Part shown: piece by piece, positions 23,820 to 37,660 of the stretch | Layout of the letters: every line of letters begins with the position of its first letter | Position numbering within the stretch: position 1 is the stretch's first letter | DNA from: Octopus sinensis | Lineage: Eukaryota | NCBI RefSeq assembly: GCF_006345805.1 | Contig: NC_042998.1 | Location: 105,152,001-105,216,000, forward strand | DNA: 64,000 nt | Direction: 5' to 3' | The notes under the pieces: generated by a model | What the model was told of the DNA's origin: nothing | Seen by the model: only the letters and a program-made list of their open reading frames with translations | Databases searched by the model: none | Position numbers and translations under genes: made by a program

Positions 23820-25225
23820 ATGGACTCTCTTGTTGGTTTGGACATATGAGGATCTGACAGCCTAGTCTTTCTCTGTCAGTCATAATTCTTATGTTGAATG
23901 TGACATTTAAGTCCCACCAACAATTTGCAAGAAAGCCTACCGACACTGCAAGTGAGGATTTCAGCTCAGTGCAGATGATATATATGCAGCTACTTTTCTC
24001 CTTTGCCTTGCACCTCAAAGCCTGTTAATGCTGGTTTCTAATATCATTTTGACACAATGATCTCCACTTTGTTTGCTCCAAGGCTGTTTGCTCAAAGGTG
24101 TTGTAAGCTATGTTCATTTCTAAGAGGTTACTCTTCAGCTTGTCCTTATATCTGACCCATAGTCGATCAACATTCCTGTGCCCACTTTCATGCTGGCTGT
24201 ACATGAGGACTTCAGGTATTCTTTCATAACTCATTCTGATGACATGCCCAGTCCAGCACAATTGTGATTGCATAAGGAACTCTCAATTCTACCAATTTTA
24301 CATTTGCTAAACAGGTTGGCATTAGAAACTCTGTCTTTTAGTGAGTAACTGCAGATTGTCCTTAGACAGCCTTTGTGGAAGATGCCTAGTTGGTTAATGT
24401 GTCATCTATAGGATATTCATGAATCTGAGCCATACAAAAGAGTAGAATGAATGGCAGCTTTATAGACTTGTACTTTGGTGTCAACTTTGAAGCTCCTTTC
24501 ATTCCATAGGCAATGACAGAGTTTGCTAAATGTGTCGATTGCCTTTGCAAGAGAGTTGACGATTTCATCATCAAGGGAGGCACTCGAATTCACTTTACTA
24601 CCAATATAAATAAATGACTTCACATAATTTAGGTTTTTCCCATCAACCTGTATAGGAGTGTCAGGAAAATTGTGAACCAATGGCCTCTGCTGACTCCTTG
24701 AATTTGCTGAGGAGTAAGTCAAGGTTGGTGGATTACTTCCATTTTCTTTATACTGATGGTCAAACCAAAGGCTTTACATGCAGCAGAAAACCAGTCTAGA
24801 AGTTCCCGAGTTTCCTCTAAGGAAGTCATTACTAGTGCAACATTATCTGCAAAAGGTAGATCATGAATAATACTAGTGCATAGCAGTGCTCTAACTTTGA
24901 ATCACTGATGATTGAATAGTCCACCACTTGTTCAAAACTGGAATTTGACACCACTTTGTATGTCACCAAAAGAATACCTCAGCATCTCTATCACTATTAC
25001 ATTACTGGGAGGTGCATTCTGTTCTTAAGCAAAAAAAAAAAAAAACTACTCCAGTTCTTTCAGCTTTAAATGAGAAACTCTGCCATTGATTGGCATCCCA
25101 TTCAAAGGAATATTGTGATCTTGGTTACTTATACACCATGGAAAACAGGTAACCGTCCCTATGAGTCCTAGGTCCTGAGACTGTAATGTTCAAGGGTTGA
25201 TGATGATGGTACACCAACTTGTAGA
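23820..25225 (-). mobile_element. RTE-BovB-type LINE, 5'-truncated and decayed (RT C-terminal half)
   Basis: SFIYIGSKVNSSASLDDEIVNSLAKA..FSKL...LW....KVDTKVQVYKA....TLLYGSDS, QLCWTGHVIRM..ERIP..LMYS, YKDKLKSNL and FADN-like motifs, with many stops and frameshifts. Confidence 0.85.
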
Positions 25226-26857
25226 ATGACAGACAAATTCACCCACTGAAGAATAATCATCATTTAACGTCTGTCTTCCATGCAGGCATGGGTAGGACAG
25301 TTGACAAGAGCTGGCCAGGTAGAAGGCTACATGAAGCATGGAAAAAGTATGCTATATGAACCAAATACTTTTTAGTTATAAAACAGATGAATATGTCATA
25401 AAATAACTCATAAAGCTGAACACGACAAGTATCATATCTAACCACAAACTTACAGAATATATTACAAAACAGAATTAAAAACCTGAAAGCCATAGAATGT
25501 ACATCAGACAACTAATGATATATATATATATACCTCAATGTAAATGTAAAAGTTGCAATGTTCATGACCCAAACTTTTATGTTAGAAACACAAGTATGAC
25601 ACTTTCTCATTGGTTGACCATGCATTTACAACAAGAAGCCATTACTGTGCATTATAATACAGAACATTAAACAAAACTATGAGTAGATAGAAAAACATTA
25701 GCTGATAGCACTACCAGCATATATAGAATTCCATTAAGTAAACTAGAATACAATTCATGGAAGTTTATTAATAGCCAAAATACAAACCAAAAATCAACGC
25801 ACAGATGCTGTACATATGAAATATACTGTGATAGCAACCCAGGAGTTGACCATTAAACTAATTTTAATCTGATGTTGATTTTTTTATTTTTGGTATCAGC
25901 ATTTTTTCTGGTGATGCCTTGCTAGCTACAATCAAAAGTGGCATCATTGTACCACTATCACTATTACATCGAGATTTGTCCATTAAGGTCTTGGAGCATT
26001 AATGTACTTAAGAACAGTAATGTTCCAAATTAAACAGAAAGAGCTAATATGAAAATAAGAAAAATTCTTGGCTGGAGAATTTTTTAACTTGATATAAACA
26101 TATAAATGAGCATGTGTGTACAGACACAAACACACGCATGGATGCATATACATACACACACACACACGCACGCACACACACATGCACGCACGCATACACA
26201 CACACACACACACACATGCATATGGTTGTATGGTTAAGGTGTCTGCTTCTGAAACATATGGTTTTGTATTCCTTCTCACTGCATAGAGGCAGATATGGCT
26301 CAGTGGTTAAGAAGATTTTTTCCTAACCATATGGGTAAGGGTTCAATCCCACTGCATGCTGCCTTGAGTGTCTTCTATTAGAATTGAAATAAATATACAG
26401 ACATGTGAGTGTGTTTGTGTTCATAAATATGTGTGAATGTTGATTTTCCAAATTTTCGCAGTCACTAAGAAAAGTATTACGCATATTTACATAACTACAA
26501 AATCTTCTGGCAATGAAAATGTTGCACCCTTGAAAGCAATATTAAGGTGGGAAAAAGGATAGCTCCAAACTAAAGAACTAGGTAATATAAAGTGCTATAT
26601 ATGAAATAAAGCTTCTCTCTATATATATATTCTTGTGGCATTCAACCTTTTGATTATACTGAACGTCTTATATCATTTTGTAAGAATGTATAAATATGTG
26701 TGCATGTGTGTGTGAAAGTTGTTATATTTCACAGATTTGATAATTTAACAAATGTATCAATATTTGGTCATAAATAAAAAAAATAATTAAAGAGCTATTG
26801 GATTATTGAAATCAGAATTTACTTGCTAAAACATTATATCTGTAATATGTAACAATT

Positions 26858-27070
26858 TTAAGGCAGCAAGATAGCAGAAATGTTAGCATGCCTGGTGAAA
26901 TACTTAGTGGTATTTCATCTGTCATTATGTTCTGAGTTCAAATTCTGCTGAGGTCAGTTTTGCCTTTCATCCTTTTGGGATCGATAAATTAAGTACCAGT
27001 TGCATACTGGAGTCGATCTTATCGACTGGCCTCGCTCCAAAAGTTTCAGGCCTTGTGCCTAGAGCAGAAA
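26858..27070 (+). mobile_element. SINE family B (Meta-domain-like)
   Basis: GGCAGCAAGATAGCAGAAATGTTAG head, GAGTTCAAATTC B box, TTTGCCTTTCATCCTTTTGGGATCGATAAATTAAGTACCAG core. Confidence 0.85.
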
Positions 27071-27548
27071 AGAATATGTCACCATTTTCTCTACAGTTCT
27101 CAGCTACCAGATCCAATCACAGTATGTGTCTGTAATAGAAGACACTTGTGCCACATGGTACCAAGTAGTTGGATTGAACCTGAAACCACATGGTTGGCGA
27201 GAAAGCTTCTTAACCAAGCATCTATGCCAGCTGCACCCTCAATTCTATCCCCACCACATCTTTAATTTTTTCTTTTAGTATTGACGTTTGGTTTGTTTGA
27301 TTTTTGTCATATTTTTAGCTTTATGTTTATTTTTACTTCTAATTTCTTTTATTTACCACTATATATGTATATACTCACATATTTTCTCTTCTCCTTGAGG
27401 TTGCTATATACATATACATATATACACACAAACACACACATATATATATACATAAAAAAGTAAAAAGTAAAAGAGTCAAAAGGCAAGTAAGTACAGTTAG
27501 GCAGCTTTTTAATAATCACTACAAATGTTTTGATACATATGGATCCTC

Positions 27549-27759
27549 ATATACTCTTTTACTCTTTTACTTGTTTCAGTCATTTGACTGCGGCCATGCT
27601 GGAGCACCGCCTTTAGTCGAGCAAATCGACCCCGGAACTAATTCTTTGTAAGCCCAGTACTTACTCCATCGGTCTCTTTTGCCGAACCGCTAAGTGGCGG
27701 GGACGTAAACACACCAGCATCGGTTGTCAAGCAATGCTAGGGGGACAAACACAGACACA

Positions 27760-27837
<78 letters not shown>

Positions 27838-28004
27838 TACGACAGGCTTCTTTCAGTTTCCGTCTACCAAATCCACTCACAAGGCATTGGTCGGCCCGGG
27901 GCTATAGCAGAAGACACTTGCCCAAGATGCCACGCAGTGAGACTGAACCCACAACCATGTGGTTGGTTAGCAAGCTACTTACCACACAGCCACTCCTGTG
28001 CCTA
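27549..28004 (-). mobile_element. SINE family A, full-length, young copy
   Basis: CpG-rich, complete tRNA-like head, internal (TA)n(TG)n and an AAAAGAGT-type tail. Confidence 0.9.
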
Positions 28005-28484
28005 TATATACAGGATTTAAATTTAAATTTAAATTAAATTATGTAATGATTTACCTGTATAAGAAGATCTATATGTATCTTCTCAGGCGATATTTAATTG
28101 CTGTCTCTGTGAGTAAATCTAGATTTCCATGCTACAACATCCATGGCTCCTTTGAAACTAACAAATGCTGACGGTTTCAATTCGTTCGGTATGAGTCTGA
28201 TATTTGGTTTGACATGAGCTGCAATGTGCACGTTGTCTGTTTATTTATTCAGTTCAACATGTTATTCTGCACATGCCAAACTGTACCATTACGCAAAATA
28301 CATTCATCCATTAGCTCATACTTATACAATCACTTACACACCAATATACCATACATCACAGAGTGTTTCCATACATACATACATACATACATACATACAT
28401 ACATACATACATACACACACACACATACACTCACATGCAGACACATATACATATACGTGCATATATATAAAAAAATATATGTAC

Positions 28485-28688
28485 ATAGGCAAAGGAGTGG
28501 CTGTGTGGTATGTAGCTTGCTAACCAACCACATGGTTCCAGGTTCATTCCCACTGTGTGGCACCTAGGGCAAGTGTCTTCCACTGTATCCTTGGGCCAGC
28601 CAAAGCCTTGTGAGTGGATTTGGCAGATGGAAACTGAAAGAAGCCCATTGTATATATGTATGTATATATATATATATATATATATATC
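28485..28688 (+). mobile_element. SINE family A head ending in its internal (TA)n
   Basis: GGAGTGGCTGTGTGGTATGTAGCTTGC...GAAAGAAGCCC followed by (TA)n. Confidence 0.85.
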
Positions 28689-29099
28689 CTTAAATCCTTA
28701 AAAATGTTTTAGCCCAAAGGCTGCGGTCATGCTGGGGCACCATGAGATTTTGCAGTCTACCTGTAGTTTATTTGGGTTATTGGTGTTAAATTCTGAGTAG
28801 CTTTGATTTGTTTGTTCTCTACCAGCAGACGTTGCTTGTGTGTTCAATTTCTGGTTGTTGTATTTATGTATTTAGTAATCCATGTTGTAAGATGTTGCAT
28901 ACAATATTTTCACTGTGTTTTACTTTTTACTTTTTATTTCACACACGAGGAATACCTAAGACTAGAATTGGTAGTATACCATAAGAATACTACCGGCTAT
29001 TTGGTAATTCTAAGGGTGCAGTGATCTATTTGTACTCTTATACGTTCTTAACAGAACACACCTCAACTGACTATGACAAAAACCAAATGATTAGTCGAA

Positions 29100-30263
29100 G
29101 TCGTTTTTTATATCAGTGCTATTTAGGGTCAAAAGGATAGAGAAGCTAAATCTAAATTTCTCGCTAAAAGACATCCGAATTCCATCCAAAAATGAATATT
29201 TAAAGCTAATAACAGCCAGTACAAGCTCCTTCATTAGAAGAATGAGATGGAAAGTATTCTTCTACGACAAAGAAAACAAAACAGAGGACCAAACGATACA
29301 TACGAATGTGTTCAAGAAAGTATTTAAATCACCAAGGAATTCGCCTGCAAATCATCACATAGCACCATTTGAGGAAGATCTATACAAAATAATACGTAAT
29401 CTGAAATTCAGGAAGTACCCAGCAAAGAGAAATAAACATCAGCAGACACTGAGTAAAACATTGAAGATCTTTAAAGAAACAAAAAGAATAATTGTGCCAG
29501 TGGATAAAACCGGCAATCTTTATATTGTAGACAATGCACTTTACAACTGTTTACTAAGAAATGAAATACTCAGCAAATACAAACAGGCACCCAGCACACT
29601 TTAGATAAAATAAATAAAAATGGATTAGAAATAGTAGGAAAGCTAGGGATTGATGATCGTACTGAACCATATACCCACCAAAAAATCAAGATTAACCTAA
29701 AAGACCACAAAAATAATTTTGAAAATGACCCTAAAATGAGACTTAATTGGACATTGGGCGTATTAGTAAAAACATACTGGAAAAAACAATACCAGTGCTA
29801 AAAGCTAAAATTTGGCTTTTTTTGTGGTCTTGCACTCAAGAAGTCATAGAATGGTTTTTAAGAGCGGAGAAAAATAAAATATCTAAATTTATAAAATTGG
29901 ATATAGATAGTTTCTACTCAACCATTAATCCAATAGTATTAAATAAAGCTCTTATTTTTGCAATGTAAACTAGGTTATCTAGAGAAGACATGGACATAAT
30001 CCTATCAGCTCATCGAACTGTTGTTAGTTACGATAACAAAATATGGACGAGATAGGCCAAATTCTTTTGATATAACAATGGGATCAAGCGATTCGGCTGA
30101 GGTTTCGGATATCGTTGGAATCTACCTATTATCCCAAGTCAAATCAGAATTCCCAAAGATAACAGGAGATCTGTGTAGAGACGATACTTTTTTCCTATCA
30201 AAAAACTGTACTAAAGTTGAGATTGAAAGATACAGAAAAGAACTCAAAATTATCGTAAGGTAA
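29100..30263 (+). pseudogene. Penelope-like retroelement RT (Naiad/Chlamys-type motifs), frameshifted and 3'-truncated
   Basis: FIRRMRWK, FKSP, PFEEDLYKII.NLKF, DKTGNLY, LKDHKNNFENDPKMRL, DIGRISKNILE, EVIEWF, FIKLDIDSFY, FDITMGSSDSAEVSDIVGIYLL and RDD across three frames. Confidence 0.85.
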
Positions 30264-30269
30264 TTATCG

Positions 30270-30645
30270 TAAGGTAAACTTCTTTTTGATTTTGTTGACT
30301 ACACAAGGTCAATTGGGCACCATCTGTGAGAAAAACAGCAACATCATGCAATAATTCACTCTGCCAGAAATTTGGAAATGACATACTGTACTGTTTTGCA
30401 TTTGAACCGGAAGCTCCAATATGAACATTTGGTTGTCAATCTAAGGACATGTACCGAGTGATAAAAATCAAACATTCAGTCAACATCATGGTGTTTGGAG
30501 TGGTCACTAGTGATGGAGACTCCATTAATCTTCCCACACGGCCTCACACTCAACATGGAGGCCTACATCAAGTTCCTGGAGGAGGTAGTGCTGCCCTGAG
30601 TCAAGAGGGTGGCTGCTGGAAGATCCTATATCTGGCAACAGGATA
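30270..30645 (+). mobile_element. Tc1/mariner (maT/DD37D-like) internally deleted derivative
   Basis: PEIWK.H.VL, KHSVNIMVFGVVTSDG and Y.KFLEEVVLP.VKRVAAGRSYIWQQD segments. Collinear with 58076-58640. Confidence 0.75.
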
Positions 30646-30734
30646 AGTCCTGGGGACGATTTTCAACTAAAAGGTGATGCTCCATCATGGCCATAGTCAA
30701 ATGACTGAAACAAATAAAAGAATAAAAAGCATTC

Positions 30735-30955
30735 TTTGTCTTTTAATCTTTTTACTTGTTTAAGTCATTAGACTGTGGCCATGCTGGAGCTCCACCTTGA
30801 AAAAGTTTAGTTGAGTGATTCAACCCAGTACTATTTTCTTAGGCCTGGTACTTATTCTACCAGTTTCTTTTGTTGTACTGCTAAGTTATGGGATCATAAA
30901 CACACCAACGCTTGTCAAGCAGTGGTGGTAGATAAACAAACACAGACACAAGCAG

Positions 30956-30988
<33 letters not shown>

Positions 30989-31160
30989 TATATATATATA
31001 TATATATAAATGCAATGGGCTTCTTTCAGTTTCTGTCTACTAAATCCACTCACAAAGCTTTGGTCAGCCCGAGGCTATAAAAGAAGGTTCTTGCCCAAGT
31101 GGGAATGAACCTGGAACCATGAGGCTGAAAAGCAATCTTCTTATCACACAGCCATGATTT
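30735..31160 (-). mobile_element. SINE family A, full length, diverged (a plus-strand family A tail lies at 30642-30728)
   Basis: Collinear with 27549-28004. Confidence 0.8.
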
Positions 31161-31310
31161 CACCTATACATATCATTGTATTCATGATCATCATCATTAT
31201 CATCATCATTTAATATCCTCCTTCAAAACTATCTAATCCTTGCTAGCATGCACGAAGTGATAGTAATGATGATGATGATGATAAATACATATATTTGCAT
31301 ACATATATAT

Positions 31311-31343
<33 letters not shown>

Positions 31344-31499
31344 GTATGTATATATATATAAGGAGAGAATTCACAAAAGACAAAAGACAAAGACAAGTGG
31401 TGTAGACAACAAACAGATGCATTAGTATAATGCTCGGAAGTGAAAAGTCTTTAACGTTTTGAGCCTATCATGGCGAAATATATATATATAAGAATTTTA

Positions 31500-31725
31500 T
31501 TTAATTCCTTTTGCAGGAAGGACTGCTTCAGCCTGGCCGTGTTCTGCCCTTACCTTCGAAACATGCATTGAGAAGAAACAGGGGCAGCTGATGAAGGGGA
31601 ATTTTCCTTGTATTGTTTGTCCTGTACTCTGTTTTTTTGTTAAAAAAATCTGTTCCTTGTTTGATTTTATGTTTTCATTTCTCGTTGTATTCTATGTTTA
31701 TTTGTGGTGTCCTGTACTTACATAT
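31500..31725 (+). mobile_element. Repeat of the same family as 19570-19871
   Basis: TTTGCAGGAAGGACTG..CCTTCGAAAC..GAAACAGGGGCAGCTGATGAAGGGGAA matches the reverse complement of 19700-19800. Confidence 0.65.
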
Positions 31726-32255
31726 ATATATATGCATGTATATATACATATAGATGTAAGTATGTACATATATGTATGTATATATGCATATATTTTATTT
31801 ATTTATTATATTGTTATTATATGACCGAACGCACGCGTTGTTTCTCTTCTCCAAGTAAGTTTTTATATATATATATATATATATTAAATATATATATATA
31901 AAACATTATGTAATTTAATATATATGTGATATAATTGTAATCTGGTTGAAATAAATACCAATCAAGTCATACATTTTAAAATATAATGCATATATTGTTT
32001 TCACCTGGGAGGTAATTTTGTTTTTTAATTTCAACACTTGTAAAACTATACTCACATCTATATACTTCATTAGCCAGGCTAAAAGATAAATATTTGCACA
32101 AATAAACATATTTATATACTCTCATAGCTATTAGTAAGCAAAATGTGAGATATTGGAAACAAACCTAATAATATGTAGAATTAAGATGAGAAAGAAAAAA
32201 ATAAATTTAAAAACGAATCTAAGTTAAAATGAAGCAAGTTTGTTGCTTTTGTTGC

Positions 32256-32372
<117 letters not shown>

Positions 32373-34159
32373 CAGCTTCTTGTTTCTTTTTTTTCTTTTC
32401 AGGAAATATATTTGGAAAATATTTGTTTGCACTTATTTCCATTTTATTTTCACACTAACTCATACCACTACTTACCAACAACCAAAGTGAAAAAAAAAAA
32501 AAAAAAATTGTAAAGGTATATTGAAAAAGAGAATCTTGTATATTTGATGTCAACGATTCAGTTGTTAACTAGAAGTAAACTGTTTGGATGTTATTTTACC
32601 AAATCAGTCCTATCTACTGATTACTTCCAATACAATAATCACTTGCAGAAGTAATTTTATTCAATTCCATCCCCAATCTTTTCTTTTTGTTTTTCTGTCT
32701 TTCTTTCCCCCTTTTTTTTTTCTAGCATTGATGTTTAATTCATTATATATTTTATTCTCATTTTGACTTTTCATTAATTTTCACTTTTCATTTATTTGTA
32801 TTTTTTTCTTTTTAAATTTATTTTATTCATAACCAAATACCAATAAATTTGAAGGATTCTTGCCAAACACAACCAACGACAAGAATTAAGAACAAAACTA
32901 AATAACAAAGCAAAAACACCTTAGCCATTTCCATCAGAAAATAAAAAAGGAAAGTATGAGAAAAAAAAAAAAAGAGAAACACAAAAAAGAGGAAATCAGA
33001 ATAAAACTAAAAGTACCACCTGAGACTGAAAATATTGATTTTTGGTCTTCTGCTAATAATCTAAAACTGTGGGATATGGAGGAGATGATGATGGCAAGAT
33101 ATATCTTAGTCTGTCTGCTTCAGATGACACCTTATATGTTTTACATTTTTTTGTACTTTTTTTTCTGTTTATTAATCATGAAAAAAACCTCCACATAATA
33201 CTGAGCAGAAAGCAGTAAATAAATAACTAAAATAAATAACTAAAATAAATAATAACTAAAACTTCTCTCCAACTCCTTTTCTTTTTTACTCTATCCTTCT
33301 TGCTTTCTATCTCTCTCAAACACTTTTATATTTTCATTTTTCTCTCTTTCTTATTAATGGAAACAAACAAAGAAAAACTAAGCCTAAACAAATTTCTCTC
33401 AAACACTTTGTCTCTCTTTCATTTCCAGTTTCCATCCCTCTCTCTCTTTCTCTCTATCCTTTTCCACCACTCTCTTTTACATCTTCACTTTCTATATTTT
33501 CCTTTTCTTTACTCTCTCCTATCTGTATCATGTGTTCTCACAAAGAAAACAAAAACCACACAATGCCCAAAAGAAACTCAAGGAACTTCCTTCTTCTCAA
33601 GCTCTGTTCTCCTTTCTTTCATCCTCACTTATTCTTTCACTTTCACTTTACACTTTCTTTCTCTCCACTCCTCTCTCTTTTCCTCTTCCCTCACTCACTC
33701 TGTCTGTTTCATCCTCCTATTACAAGATCACATAGCAATTCTTTTTATACTTCCCTTCGACCTTTCCCTTTAATTTGTTTTCCTTTCAGCCTTCCATTCA
33801 ATATCCTTGTGTCTGTCATCCTTTAAAATTCTCTTCTCACCTGCATGTCTTTATATCCATCTCTCTCTTTATCTCACTCTCCATAATTTGTTTCCTATTT
33901 TCTCTTTCCTTTCCAACCTTATACACAATATACATGATATATACATATTATACACATACTATAAACCTGGTACATACACATATGCACACACACACACGTA
34001 TATATGTACATTATTTATAATCTTAGTACCTACTAAATTAATATTACATTCATACATTCTACATACTAAATTTCTACTCTACACATTCTATATACATTCT
34101 ATATACATCATATCCACATTGAGCGGATTTAGTAGATGGAAACTGAAAGCCCATCATCT

Positions 34160-35140
34160 AAGATCAAGGATAGCTGGCTTCCTGGAGATCCACAAACTCC
34201 TAAATGCAAATCAGTATGGCTGTGGCAGGGACTGTCTAACACAGCTCTTACACTACATTTAGGATATACTTAAAGCCTTGGGAACTTGGTTCGAACACTG
34301 ATGTCATGTATCTTGACTTCAATAAAGCATTCAACAGGGTTGGCAAATGTTGGAATCCGTGGAAAACTTCTACACTGGATTGAGTATTTCCTGGTGAATA
34401 GAACACATAATGTTGTGGTCGATGAAGTCCACTCAATCCGAGCAAAAGTCACCAGTGGTGTCCCTTAGGGAACTGTCTTGGGCCCGCTCCTCTTTATAAT
34501 CTACATAAATGACCTTTCCAATGTCGTAAAACGTTGCAAAGTGAAAATATTTGCTGATGTCACTAAACACCAGCAAATCATCAATGAAGAAGAAGACCAA
34601 ACTCAATTCCAGTCTGATCTATATGTGGTGAGTCAAAGGGCAGACAAAAACAAAAGGCAACTAAACAAGGGAAAATTTTAGCTGTTGCATTTTAGAAGAA
34701 AGACTATACTAAAACAGCCATACTCTCTTCCTTCAAGGGAACCACTCACAGCATCTAATAATATCAGAGACCTAGGTATGTTGTTGATAAAAGTCTCAGT
34801 TGGAGTGCCTACATCAACAATAAGGTCGATATAGCTCCTGTATTGGACGGCCATACTTCAAATACTACTGCTCAATTCAGGATCACAACATATAGGCACA
34901 CTGGGACACAATTTCTTTTTCTCAACAGGCCCTGCCCTGTTTAACATTGTCCCAAAACTGTTCAAAGAGGAAAAGGATCCTATCACCTTTAAATGGAGTC
35001 TGGACAAATTTCTTCAAGGAATACCAGGCAAGCCACCCATACCTGATGCAACTCACTCAACAAGAGCTCACTACTTGAATGGACCATAAACAAAACTTGA
35101 CTTAAAAAGGATTTAGATAATCCTATCAGTTGGTGCTATT
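34160..35140 (+). mobile_element. CR1-clade LINE RT remnant (3' part)
   Basis: LLNANQYG..RDCLTQLL, DVMYLDFNKAFNRV, GIRGKLLHWIEYFLVNRTHNVVVD, SGVP*GTVLGPLLFIIYINDL and KIFADVTK motifs. Confidence 0.85.
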
Positions 35141-35575
35141 AAGTTAGACATGGCCTGGACCAATCTTTGGGCAAAACATATCTTAGTTTTATCTAAGTTT
35201 TGTATGTATGTATATATATATATATATCTGCGAGTATGTCTGTGTCTGTGCTACTTCTCCCACCACTGCTTGGCAACTGGTGTTGGTGTGTTTACATCCC
35301 TGCAATTTAGTAGTTTAGCAAAAAGAGAGCAATAAAATAAAATATAGACAACCCAACAACAGCACAAATAGACAGATTAAGCTATCCACTAATATGTTAA
35401 CCTAATTTATGATGGTTCTATAAAGCAGCTGATCAGCACCATTGATGGGAAAAGAAGACAGGTAGATATTCTCTGAGGAGCACTCAACAAACTATGAAAT
35501 GGCCAGTCAGGAGACTCCCTGATTTTACTGCATATCAGCAGTGTAGAAAGAATGTATATGTCTGAAGTGTGTGCG

Positions 35576-35609
<34 letters not shown>

Positions 35610-36343
35610 CACACATATATATATATGTAAGTATATATTTATCTAAATCTTGTACGACTTTATTCTTTCTTTCTATCAGACCTTTCACACTTATTCGTTC
35701 ATTCCACTTTTCGTTCTTTCGTTCACCTTCACTCACATTTCCCTGCCTTCTCTTCTTGCTCACTTTCCCTCCTCTTTTCATTTCACTGTATCCCTGTCAT
35801 TTATTCTCGCCCCTCTTTAATTCTTCTGTCCCTCTGCCTCTACCTCTCTCTCTTCTCTCCCCATGTGACAAGTGTTCGGCTAAGCCTGATCTTTCTTTCT
35901 TGGTTCAGTCATCGTCCGTGCAACATCTATATTCCTCCCTGTGCCTGTGAAATCTTGCATCCCTGCCATAAGGCTTTATTTCCACACACGCCAGCTGAAT
36001 TTAATTCGTCCTTAGTTAAAAGACACCTGTTGTTATGCCCTGTTATTTGTATTTGTGTAACATACTCCACTTTTTTCCATCCTTGTTTTCGTATACATTT
36101 GCTGCTTTCTTCCAAGGAATCTAATGCTCTTAGCTTAGTTTTCCCTTGGGGATGGCTAGATTGGAGCAATCTCGAGTATAACCAGCCGAAATTGAAAAGA
36201 TAATCTGGAACTCAACTGAGGAAAGAAAACTCCGAATGACCCATTCCTGTTTTCTTTGTATCGTCTATCTGGACGCTTTGTTGTCCCTTTTTTGTATCAC
36301 CTAACTCTCTGGATGTTTTGCATTCTTGTTCCATTTTGTATTT

Positions 36344-36405
<62 letters not shown>

Positions 36406-37201
36406 CTTCATTACTGCAATTGCTTTACATGTTATCATGTGTTGGGTGGGTTTACTGATGCAGTGTTTCACAGTTGGATGTCCTTCCTAATGCTAACCTA
36501 TATGATCTTTCCTACAATACACACAATGAATCTGTTCTAAAACTAAGTTACATGCATGTGTGCACAACCACACACACACACACATTTAAACAGATAAAAG
36601 AGTAAGAGATGCTTCTCCTATTTAGTCACACCACCAACTAATGCATAATGCACAAATTAGTCATTTCAATTAGTTCCTTGTTCCTCTTTGACTTGAATAG
36701 GTATTGCTTTGATGAAATTCTCTTCATGGGTAAAGGAGTGAAAGGTACTTCTCTGAGGAGTGGACAACAAGCTATGAAACATGTCAGGATAATTTGTGTG
36801 CAAAGAGAATGAAATGCAACCATTTGTTCCCTTTCCAATGTAGGTATTATACTGTATTCTAACAACATTGAATCTTAGATTTTGTAATTAAGGCAGTTTG
36901 TACATTATATGTATGTAGATACAAATACATACACACATATATGCACATGTATATATGTGCGGATGCATATGGATACATAATATACTCTTCACTGACTTGT
37001 ATGACATATTTGAAGCTATTACCTTCTGGTTTGTTTTATACACTTAGACATTGGTGGCATAGACCAAAGTATTTAATTAATCTTAAATTTCTTATCGAAC
37101 ACTTTCTGTTAAAAAACACTTAATTTTTAGATCAGGTGGGATGTCCAGTGCAAAGCATGCATATATCAATTGTCCACAAAGATGGACACACATACACTTA
37201 A

Positions 37202-37309
<108 letters not shown>

Positions 37310-37464
37310 CATGTACACATATACATTGAAGCATTATAAGTATGTATATACACACACATATATAATGTATTATATAATATTTCTATATTTAATCTATTGT
37401 ACATTTGATATATATTATATATGCATATATATATGTATATATATATACGTATATATATATATAT

Positions 37465-37499
<35 letters not shown>

Positions 37500-37628
37500 C
37501 ATACATACATACATATATACATACATAAATAGATACATACATAAATAGATACATACATACATACATACATACATACATACATACATACATCATACATACA
37601 TACATACATACATACATACATACATACA

Positions 37629-37660
<32 letters not shown>

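Noticed and set aside
27900-28004. tRNA-like sequences (also heads of the other SINE copies)
   Set aside because: A/B-box heads continue into SINE bodies; no complete cloverleaf or acceptor stem
31340-31460. Repeat ending AAAGTCTTTAACGTTTTGAGCCT, reminiscent of a hammerhead 3' half
   Set aside because: Truncated before any CTGANGA; a ribozyme cannot be supported
36130-36240. Hammerhead-like GGCT...AGCC-GAAA hairpin and a lone CTGAGGA
   Set aside because: Core reads TTGGGGA (two mismatches) and no stem I pairs; at best an old relic
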